NCBI RefSeq assembly: GCF_000372725.1
Contig: NW_005201392.1
Coordinates: 599,660 to 663,659 of the forward strand
Reading direction: 5' to 3'
Length of the DNA: 64,000 bases
Source: Emiliania huxleyi CCMP1516
Taxonomy: Eukaryota
In this document: positions 1 to 9,600 of the stretch, in pieces
Layout of the letters: each line of letters starts with the position of its first letter
Position numbering within the stretch: the stretch's first letter is position 1
Notes under the pieces: generated by a model
The model's database searches: none
What the model saw: the letters and a program-made list of their open reading frames with translations, nothing else
Told to the model about the DNA's origin: nothing
Translations under genes and position numbers: made by a program

Positions 1-305
1 GCGACCGTGCCAAAGCTGACCAGCAGCGTGGCATAGATGGGCGACACGGCGACGAGTGAGGTGATGCGGTACGACCACGGCCCCTCGCGCATCGAGCCCT
101 CGAGCCCGATGGTCCGCTTGAGCGCGGGCCGCACGAGCGCCACGCTCGTGGAGCCCGTGACGCCAAACACGCAGAAGGCGACCGCAGCCTCGGTCGGCGA
201 CTCCCTCCACGACGGCCGCTGCTGCGTCGTCCACGCCCAGAAGCGGTCAGAGGCGCTGCCGCCGCCGCCCGCGGTGCACACGCGGCGCCGGGCGATGCGG
301 AGCAT
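1..305 (-). CDS. DUF6787-like small membrane protein, 5' part (runs off window edge)
   Basis: Manual minus-strand translation from ATG at 305: MLRIARRRVCTAGGGGSASDRFWAWTTQQRPSWRESPTEAAVAFCVFGVTGSTSVALVRPALKRTIGLEGSMREGPWSYRITSLVAVSPIYATLLVSFGTVA. The 'VFGVTGSTSV..VRP' and 'P.Y..LL..FGT' pattern resembles DUF6787. The Arg-rich N-terminus resembles a mitochondrial leader. Not in the ORF track because it has no stop within the window. Confidence 0.6.
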   Translation of the reverse strand, partial: MLRIARRRVCTAGGGGSASDRFWAWTTQQRPSWRESPTEAAVAFCVFGVTGSTSVALVRPALKRTIGLEGSMREGPWSYRITSLVAVSPIYATLLVSFGTV

Positions 306-1264
306 TGTCGACAAGTGGGCCGGGGGCGGTGGTGGTCAGTCGGCGCGAGCGCGAAAAAAGACGAGGTTTTTTTGCTTTCTTTTTTGAACTCAAGGTCGAA
401 CTTTTCTGCGAATGCGTGGGAGGTGGTGCGCGATGGCGACGCCGCGAGTGCCGGTCGCGCCGCGGTCAAATGGGAGAGAAGGGAGAGGGCGTGTGTGTGT
501 GTTGTTCTCTGTTGTAGGTATGTTGTTGGCAAAGCAAGACACAGAGCTCACACAAAATCACAGTGGGTGGTAAGCGAACGAGTCACTTAACAGGGGTCGA
601 TTAGTGCGGGCCACCCTGTCCAGAGAGGCGGAGGTGCCTTTCTGGGTACTGGGATCTTGCGATCGAGTCTATGCAACCCTCGGCCACGCTCTCCTTTCGT
701 GGCTGATAAGCATTCGCAGACCAGGCGATGGAGATGGCGGGGAGCACGGATGTGACTGCGCACCAAGGCGAGGGGGGCACGACACGCACCGACCCTTCAC
801 GAACCGAAAGGCCGTGCCCGGCGTGCAAGGGGCACGGTAATCCGGCACGTGTTGGGCGCCCCATTCCGTTTAGGGCTAGGTCGGCTCAGGGCCCCGTCCA
901 CTTCCCTCCCACTTGGCGCGTGATGATGAGGAGGTGCCACCCAGGCCAGCCAGGACAGGGGCGGGGGGCGAGGGCGGAGGGCGGGATGGGCGCCAAGCGG
1001 GAGGGAGCGGACGGAGTGGAACGCACAGATGGGCTTGGGGGATGGCGAGAAGGCGGAGGGGCAGGAAGGGGGGAGGGCGGCAGGAGGGCGGAAGTCGGCA
1101 TGGGCGAGCGGCGGGTGGTTCGGTTTTACAGGTGCTTTACCAGGTCCGACGCAGGTTCGGCACCCTGGCCGCACCCCGCCTCGGAGCTCTCGGTAACCAG
1201 ACCCTCCGCACGAGCTCACACAGCTCACAAATGTGTGCCGTCTCCCAAATACAAACCCCACCCT

Positions 1265-1524
1265 CTACTTGGAGCCGGGCAGCGCCTGCAGCGCGCGGGA
1301 GTGCTGCTCGAGCCCGCGGGCGTGCAGCGTCAGCTGCGAGCCGCCGATGGAGCGGGCCGTGTTGAGTACCGCCGTCTGCATGTCGCGCCGCAGCAGCGCG
1401 AGGGCCTCGCCGGCACCGGACGCCGCGTGGCTCGCCTTGGCCTTCGCCTCGACCTCGATCTGCTGCAGCGCGGGCAGCTTGCGCTTGTCGGCCTTGCCCT
1501 GCAGCTTGGTTAGCGACTGCGCGT
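1265..1524 (-). CDS. C-terminal fragment of a helical/coiled-coil protein (upstream part lost in N gap)
   Basis: Open frame with strong GC3 codon bias, AQSLTKLQGKADKRKLPALQQIEVEAKAKASHAASGAGEALALLRRDMQTAVLNTARSIGGSQLTLHARGLEQHSRALQALPGSK*, ending at TAG 1265-1267 and cut by the gap at 1525. Confidence 0.5.
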
Positions 1525-1624
1525 NNNNNNNNNNNNNNNNNNNNNNNNNNNNNNNNNNNNNNNNNNNNNNNNNNNNNNNNNNNNNNNNNNNNNNNNNNNN
1601 NNNNNNNNNNNNNNNNNNNNNNNN
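1525..1624. other. assembly gap (100 N)
   Basis: Run of N. Confidence 1.
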
Positions 1625-1939
1625 CGGAGCGAGGGGCGGCGCTGAGTGGAGCAGTAATGATATCGTTGGCCGAAGCCTCGTTCTCTAGGCCCCTAAAGTG
1701 TATGGCTGGACGTTTCCTTGGCACACACGTGTGGGCACTTCCTTAGGTAGGGTGTGACGGCGCCGGGCAAGTTTGCCAACAACTTCGGCGGGCGAAATCG
1801 AAGAAGGCCGTAAACACAGACCCTTTCCCATCAAGGAGTCATAGCAGGACTCGCCCTTACCGTCGAAACGCGTCCAGACAAGGGAAGCCCATCACTGGAC
1901 AAGGGAAGCCCGTCACCCAGCTCGACGACGCGCTCAGAC

Positions 1940-3649
1940 ATGCCCATCACCCAGCGCCGCCCCTCGCTCCGCAACGGCCGATGCTCTGCCGCCAGCACGC
2001 GCGTCAGTTTCCAAGAGCCCATGAAAGTGGCCGACAGCGCGAAGGACAGCGCCGGCAAACTGCCGATGTGGCGCGCCGAGTGGGACGCCGTGCACGCCAA
2101 GGGGGACTGCCCGTACCCGCCACACCCACCGCGCAAGTACCAGTGGCTGCCCTGCACGAACTCCGGACCCATCCTGAACGCCATCGGCCTTTTGATGTGG
2201 GTCCCACTCGGCATCGTCGTCTTTTGCGTTTCCCTCTTCCTTAACTTGTGGACCTGGTTCATCGCCTACACGTACCACGGCGGCGCGCATGGCCTCGCCG
2301 CTAGCACGACCCTGCCTCTCAGTAACCGCATCATTCGGAAGCTCTTCTCTCTCGTCGACGTCTGCAACGTCACTGAGCTCCCCAAGCCGTGGGACGAGGC
2401 CAAGGCCAAGCAGGCGTTCGATGCCTTCCGCGTGCGCAACGGCTTTGCCGAGGAAGAGGCACGGATCCTAGTCACTACCATCCCCGACACGGTGATGAAG
2501 CCAGAGGTGTGGCACAAGTACCGCATGACGGACCTGGCGTCCACGGCCAAGGTCCACTACGTGCATGTGCTGACTGCGCCGTCAAAGACCTTCGTCGTCG
2601 GATACACGAACTTTCGCGATTTCGATGGCACCTCCTGCTTCAACCTCATCAAGGGCTTCGTCGCCACGTACTACGACGGCGAGGCGCCGCTTGTCCGGCC
2701 TACAGTGGGCTCTCCCGAGCTCGACCTGCGGCTCGACACCGAGAACGAGGAGCTCAAGAAGAAGCTTGGCGCGCTGCCGGCGCTGCGCTGCGCGGTCGGG
2801 ACCAGCTACACGATGGCGGTGCAGTACGGCCGGTGGCTTCTCTCGCGTGAGCTCTTCGACGCATTCGGGTGCGCCAGTCCCGAATGCTGCTCGGTCATCG
2901 AGTCGCTCAGCCTCGAGGAGACAGCAAAGATGACCGCTGCACTCAAGGCGAGGAAGCTGAAGCCATTCGCTCACCTCATGACGACCTCGGCGGAGGCTGC
3001 GAAGAGCGTTCCGAAAAAGTACCAGGTCGAGCGGCCGATCCTCCTCACGCAGGTCAGCTGCCAGAGCCGCTACTACATGCCAAAGGTTGAGCGCAACGTG
3101 TGCGGGAACTGGCTGATTGGCCTCGGCACCCGTCCGACGCTCGACGAGCTGAGCAGCGAGTCGTGGGCGTCCAAGTTCTATACCGGCCTGATCGAGCACA
3201 TCGAGAGCTTCTCCGGCAACGCGGCGTGGAGCTTCATCAACCAGACTGTCTACGGCATGTCTGGGTATCGCGCTAACCCGCGCAAGATCTTCTGGTTCAA
3301 CAATTACGGGCTACGCTCGATGCACGAGGGCGCTGGCGGCGTGACGTACCACTGGGCGCCCACCTACAGCGTGGCGACCTACTTCCTCGTCTGTTGCGTC
3401 TGCGTCGACGGCCGCATGTGCATCACCATCTCCAGCTCTGTCGTCCCGCAAGGGGAGCTGCAAAAGGCTGTCGAGCACATGAAGAAGATGCTCATCGAGT
3501 CGGCAGGTGGCGAGGCCCTGTCCACCGCGCGCGTCGGCCTGAAGGCTGCGAGCTTTGCGGCCAAACTTCGCCACAGGACGGAGCGATCGTGCGCTAAGAT
3601 TCGCCGCTCCTCGTTCGCCGCCGCCACCTTTGGGGGCGCCGCCCTCTGA
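1940..3649 (+). CDS. intronless 569-aa protein, probable CoA-dependent acyltransferase / condensation-domain fold with N-terminal transmembrane segment
   Basis: Long ORF with clean codon bias and a hydrophobic stretch (ILNAIGLLMWVPLGIVVFCVSLFLNLWTWFIAY). 'NFRDFDGTSCFNLIKGF' aligns to the HxxxDGxS motif. 'NVCGNW', 'FWFNNYG' and 'CVCVDGRMCITISSS' resemble C-terminal motifs of AATase/PapA5-like acyltransferases. Confidence 0.6.
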   Translation: MPITQRRPSLRNGRCSAASTRVSFQEPMKVADSAKDSAGKLPMWRAEWDAVHAKGDCPYPPHPPRKYQWLPCTNSGPILNAIGLLMWVPLGIVVFCVSLFLNLWTWFIAYTYHGGAHGLAASTTLPLSNRIIRKLFSLVDVCNVTELPKPWDEAKAKQAFDAFRVRNGFAEEEARILVTTIPDTVMKPEVWHKYRMTDLASTAKVHYVHVLTAPSKTFVVGYTNFRDFDGTSCFNLIKGFVATYYDGEAPLVRPTVGSPELDLRLDTENEELKKKLGALPALRCAVGTSYTMAVQYGRWLLSRELFDAFGCASPECCSVIESLSLEETAKMTAALKARKLKPFAHLMTTSAEAAKSVPKKYQVERPILLTQVSCQSRYYMPKVERNVCGNWLIGLGTRPTLDELSSESWASKFYTGLIEHIESFSGNAAWSFINQTVYGMSGYRANPRKIFWFNNYGLRSMHEGAGGVTYHWAPTYSVATYFLVCCVCVDGRMCITISSSVVPQGELQKAVEHMKKMLIESAGGEALSTARVGLKAASFAAKLRHRTERSCAKIRRSSFAAATFGGAAL

Positions 3650-5594
3650 GCGTGACAGAGGGAGACCGCGCGGAATGCGGAATATCCATCAGACGATCTG
3701 AAAACAAGAGGTTGTGTGTGCGTGCGCCGTCCACCCCGCAGTGTAGGCCGGTGCCGTGCGTTCATATTTGTGTCCATTTGTCGAATGCCCTCAATTCAAC
3801 ACATACACACGTTGTCAATTTTGACCGCGCAAGACATAAAAGGGTGGCTAAGGGCTCTGCCCGCAAGGCGCCCGCGTCGCAGACGCGGTACCATTGACAA
3901 ATCTGCAATATAGCTGTAAGTAAGGCGAGTAGGCGACACACGTGTCGGTACGTGTCGTAGCGACGGACTTTCGCGTGCAGAGAGTGCGAGGTCACCTACA
4001 TCGGGGTCTTTAGCTCACTGTGATAGCTAATTCGGGTCTGCCTGCGCTCTCGGGTGGCGCACGATCGCAGACATGACGACTGACGGGTCCTACAACGTGG
4101 AGACGGGCTTGACCCTTTACCTTGCCCACCTGTCTGTACCTGAGTACAGGTAGGGTTCGTCGCGGCTTCCTGACGGCCACCATCCAAGCTAATAAATATT
4201 CCACACGTATATGCTAGCATGTCGGTCATGTGTACTAGCCGCCCTGAGCCGCTCAGAGCTCGGGAATAAAATCCCGACTGCGCCTCGGGCCTCCCAAGAC
4301 GCCCATGATGTGTCCCTCTGTAAGGCGTATAGAGTGCAAGCCAGAGGGTCGGTCGTTAGATAGTATTTCACTAATAGTATTTCGTGCTACCCGCTAGTAT
4401 TTTTCGTCTACCCCGCTCTCCCCTCTACGAGCTGGCTTTCTTACCGTCTGCGCCTTGTTAGTGCCAGCGCGCGCCAGTCCCGTGCCCAGTGCCGTAGAGA
4501 AGAGTTCAGCTTCACTTACTCCCCGGCATCAATCAATGAGCACCCAAATGTTTCGATGACATTTTCCGTTGCGCAAGGTAGGCGCAGCTAGCGACTGGGC
4601 TGAGCTGTGCTTGCGCCATGTTGGGACGACGCGAGTGTCCGCCTTAGTGGGGGGGGGGGGGATATACCAACCGATAAAAACCAAACGCAGTCGATCTGTT
4701 TGACACTGAAAGCCAAAAACAGTCGTCAAACGGATGCTCACGTTTATGCCCGTTTCTTATCAAGAGAGTCACCATGCTACCACGAGGCTAGAGACTAGAG
4801 ACACATACACTAGCACGCCAGGACCAACGGTACTGGGTTGGGTGGGGTGGAGAGACGCATTGCGCGCACGAGCGAGGAAACGAGTCCCCCTTCGGCAAAA
4901 CTAAGTCACTCCTGAAGCTCCCCCACACGGCGCCTCCCGCGCTGGGGACGACACGCTGCGGAATCGGATCGAGCCCATGGAGGAGGAGGGCGCAGTCGGC
5001 GAATTGGAGGCGGAGGAGGAGGGCGCAGTCGACCAATGGGAGCTTGGGAGGAGGAGGGCGCAGTCGACGTTGTCGTGTCTGACTCAGAGGAGGAGTCGGA
5101 GGTGCTCCAGCAATCTAACCTGATTCAGAAGCTCGCCGACGTTGTCACTCATCGTGCGTCATGCGTGATCGAGCTTTGAGGGAGGAGCTCCGCTAACGAT
5201 TCGGCCGGCCACCCAGCGCCGCCGCCCATACCCGCCACCCACAAAGCGCCTGCTCTACTATCCCGTACCTGGCTGGCTGACGCTCGCCCCCCCCGCTCCA
5301 CTTTCCCCTACTGACCATGCCCGTGATAGCACCATCACTGTCGCCGTCCTGGTTTTGAACGTGGCAGCTAGACTCTAGGGACTCGGTAGTCGTGACCCCC
5401 CTGAGTGTGAGGAGCAGGAGAGTGAGAGGGAGCTTTGTGGTGTTGGTGTACGCAATAACGGGACAGGGTGCTTGTTCTCTCCATCTCCCCTTCTAGCTCT
5501 TAGCATGAGCTGCGCCCTGTGTCCGACCCCTTTTGCGCAGCAACACCTTAAACTTTTATACGAGCGTCACTTTGAACCCACCCCCCCTACTTCG

Positions 5595-6355
5595 TGGGGA
5601 CCCCCCCGCCGGTCGGTGGTCTGCCCCCGAGAGGTGGACCGGACCCCCCCTCCGGTCGGTCGCTCTCTCGGCGGCGGGAGGTGTGTGACGACCGACCCCT
5701 CCCTCGGTCCGTGTCCTTGCCGTGAGCCCCCTCAACGCTCTCTCCCCCTCCTTCTTAGCGAACCCAACCGCCACAGGCTTCGAATCGCCGGTTTCGCTAT
5801 GCAAACTAGTTACGCAACGAAGGAGGCTCGAGCCAGCCCGACTCACATACGTGTATGTGGAGCATCCACGCGGCGTAGGCAGGCCTGATTGTGCTTGCCG
5901 TCGCTCTGTACAATCTCTGTGGCAGCGCTCCAGTTCTACACAGTACGCGCGCATCGTCCCTTCCGATGACTACACGCAGAATTGTGATCGAGACACATCG
6001 CCTCCGCCCTCACCGCACACCGGGCTCATCGCACATCGGCTCGACGTGGGCGGGGACATTGACGAGCTTGTGTTCCGACCCAACCCTGAGCTTCTCTAGA
6101 GCGCAGCCCGCTCCGGACGAGGAGTGATTACACGGGGGGAGAGGGCGCTTGTGTCTCTAGTATTTCGAGAGACTAATAATTTATTCACAGCTGCGGCGAG
6201 CGTGTGCGGTGTGACCCACGAGCCAACCTGACCGACCCCCCCCCCCCCCCCCCCCATCGGTCTGCGCTCCGACCGACCGGACCCCCCCTCCGGTCTGTCT
6301 GCGGTCTTCCGCGGCCGTCGACCGGACCCCCCCCTGCGGTCGGTCGGTCTGCGCT
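5595..6355. repeat. two clusters of GACCG(G)A-(C)n-T(C)CGGTC stem-loop repeats
   Basis: About six copies near 5597, 5637, 5690, 6230, 6271 and 6320, e.g. GACCGGACCCCCCCTCCGGTC. Confidence 0.6.
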
Positions 6356-6658
6356 GGGCGCTCAAACCACGAAGTCGGCCTGTTCACTACAAGATGACGC
6401 TCGTATTAGGCCCTCCAAATTCGGGTCGGAGCGTAGCGGAGTGGGCCCCGAGTTTGAAAAGGGCGACGGACGCTTGCGTCCTAGCCGCCAACAACGCCTC
6501 CCCGGCGCAGAGGGGCCCCCGGAGGGATGCACAACCGCTCCACGCCACGCCGCTTGCGGCGGTCCTCTTCCCAGCTACAATGAATGCCGCGTTTCGATTT
6601 TCTTCCCTGCTTCATCGACCTCGTCCTCGACACACGCGCTGTCGCAGGCGACGACGAG

Positions 6659-9600
6659 ATGGCCGCTCCGCGCAGCACCGTTCGGCGCGACCTGCTTCAC
6701 GACATCGAGGCTCGCGCGCAGGCCAAGTGGGAAGAAACAAGGGCCTTCGAGGAGGACGCGCCCGCCGAGGGCACTTGGGACGGCGGCAAGTACCTCGTCA
6801 CCTTTCCGTACCCATACATGAATGGCCGGCTGCACCTCGGCCACGCCTTCTCGCTGACCAAGGCGGAGTTCTCGGTGGCGTTCCACCGCATGCGCGGCGA
6901 GAAGGCGCTCTTCCCGTTCGCCTTCCACTGCACGGGCATGCCGATCCAGGCGGCGGCGCACAAGCTCAAGAACGAGTTCGCGCTCTACGGCTCGCCGCTG
7001 CCGAACTTCCCCACGTCGCCGCCCGAGGTGGTGGAGGGGGGCGTCGACGCGGCCGGCGGCGCCATCACCATCGGCTGGCGCGCTCCGACCTGCACCGGCG
7101 GCCTCGCGCTCGTCGAGTACCTCGTGTTGGTACGCGAGGGCCCGGCGGGCGGCGAGTGGCAGGAGCGCGCGAGGCTGCCCGCGTCCGCGGCGGAGGAGGG
7201 GCAGTGCGTGGCGAGGGTCGACGGGCTGGTGGTGGGGTCGCAGTACGCCTTCAAGGTGCGCACGCTCCTCGAGGGCGGCGCCGCCGGCGCCGACTCGCGC
7301 CCGCTCGCAAAGTCGCCCGACGGAAAGAAGGACCTCAAGCTGATGGCGGCGGGCGGAAAGGCGGAGAAGGAGAGCAAGGGCGGCGGGGGCGGGAAGCCGA
7401 AGGGGAAGCCGCAGAAGGTGGTCGCAAAGACGGGCGGCCTGATGCACCAGTGGGACATCCTCCGCGCCATGGGGCTAAGCCCTGCAGAGATAGGTGCAGC
7501 AGAGATAGGCGCAGCAGAGATAGGCCGCAGCGCAACGCACGCAAAGCACAGCACAGCGCACCGCAGCGCACCACAGCAAAGCGCAGCACAGCGCACCACT
7601 CCACGCCACTCCACCCCACTCCACGCCACTACACCCCGACGCCGCTGCAACCACGCCACCGCAACCACTGCCGCCGCACCCACTGCCACCGCACCCACTG
7701 CCACCGCAGTCCCCTTTGTGGACCCTGTCTACTGGCTCGAGTACTTTCCGCCGCTGGGCAAGACGGACCTGATCCGCTTCGGCGTGGGGGTGGACTGGCG
7801 CCGCTCCTTCATCACCACCGACTACAACCCGTACTACGACTCCTTCGTCCGCTGGCAGTTTGCAAAGCTGCGCGCCGGCGGCTTTGTCGCGTTCGGCAAG
7901 CGTCCCTCCATCTTCTCCGAGGCGGACGCGCAGCCGTGCATGGACCACGACCGCGACAAGGGGGAGGGGGTCGCGCCGCAGGAGTACACGGCCATCAAGA
8001 TGCGCCTCCTCGAGCCCCTCCCCCCCGTCCTCGCAAAGTTCGCGGGCTCGCAGGTCTACGCCCTCGCAGGCGCCGCTGGAGACCCACCCTCGCCGTAGCA
8101 CTCCCGCGCTCTCCAGGCCCCCCCTCCGCCCCTCCTCCCCCTCCTTCCCCTCCTGCCCCTCCGCCCCTCCGTCCCCTCCGCCCCTCCTCCCCTCCTTCTC
8201 CTCCTCCCCTCCTCCCCTCCTCCCCTCCTCCCCTCCGCCCCTCTGCCCCTCCGCCCTCGCTCCCCGCCAGACAGCCGCGGCACACCGCTGACCCGTCTCG
8301 GCAACCGCTGCGGCAACAGGCACGCTCCGGCCAGAGACGATGTGCGGCCAGACCAACGCGTGGATCCTGCCCGAGGGGGAGTACGGCGCTTTCGAGGCGA
8401 GCCTAGCAGCGGAAGACGCACACTCTTGTGCTCCCACCAGCGCTCGAGAGGGCACGTACTCAGCTAGCCTATTTCAGCTGTATTCCCTGTGTTCGTGTCC
8501 GTTGTCTTCACGCGGTGCTCTGAATACGCTGCACACCACCGTCTTCCCGCCCTGAGGCTGGCGTATTCAGCGCGTGTAGGCGGGGGAGGGCGTCGTCTAC
8601 CTCTGCGCGGCGCGTGCGGCGCGCAACATGGCATTCCAAGACCTCTTCCCGGAGTGGGGCAGGCCGAAGCAGCTCGCCACCTTCTTCGGCCGCGAGCTGC
8701 TCGGCGCCGCCGTCAAGGCCGGTCGCTCTGTCCGCACGGGGCTGGTCGCCTCCCTCTTGTGAGTGCTGGCCACTGAGTCAGAGTAGGCGCCGCTCTGCCC
8801 GTACGAGCGGATCCACTTCCTCCCCCTCCTCACGATCTCGATGACCAAGGGCACCGCCATCGTCACCTCGGTGCCCTCTCCGACCCGCCGGACGAGCCGC
8901 TTCCCTCTCGACCTAACGGGTGGGTTTGGTGGTCGACTCAGGTGCCCTCCGACTCGCCGGACGACTACGCCGCCTTCATGGACATGAAGAACGCCAAGAA
9001 GCGCGAGTACTACTCTGGGCAGGCGGGCGCGGAGCTGCGCGCCGAGTGGATCGACCCTTTCGAGGTGGTCTCCCTCCCCTCCCTCCCCCCCCCAGAGGCG
9101 GCTGGAGATCAGCCGAGATCGAGCCGAGATCGAGCCGAGATCGAGCCGAGGTGTAGGTGGTGCCGGTGCTCCAGACGCCCGAGCTGGGCGAGGTTGCCGC
9201 GAAGTTCATGTGCGACAAGCTCGGCATCGCGTCGCAGAAGGAGGTTGAGAAGCTCAAGGAGGCGCACGACGTTTGCTACACCGCCGGCTTTTACAAGGGC
9301 GTCATGACGGCGGGCCCCTTTGCCGGCCTCCCGGTCCAGGAGGCAAAGCTCAAGACAAAGGCAAAGATGGTCGCCGACGGCGAGGCGATCACCTACCTCG
9401 AGCCGGAGGGGCTGGTCACGCCTCGCTCGACGCCGGACGTCGAGTGCGTGGTTGCGCTGGTGGACCAGTGGTACCTCAAGTACGGCGAGGAGGAGTGGGC
9501 GGCGCGCGTGGGCGAGCACCTCGGCGGCCTCGAGTGCTACAATCCGGCCGTCCACAAGGCGCACAGCCCACTGCGAGAAGAGTGGAGTCACAGATGCAGT

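Noticed and set aside
4794..6161. 12-bp inverted repeat ACTAGAGACACA as transposon TIRs
   Set aside because: It is short and has no target-site duplication, so support is insufficient.
6394..8406. 670-aa ORF overlapping LeuRS
   Set aside because: It is an alternative frame of the LeuRS exons with poly-Arg composition.
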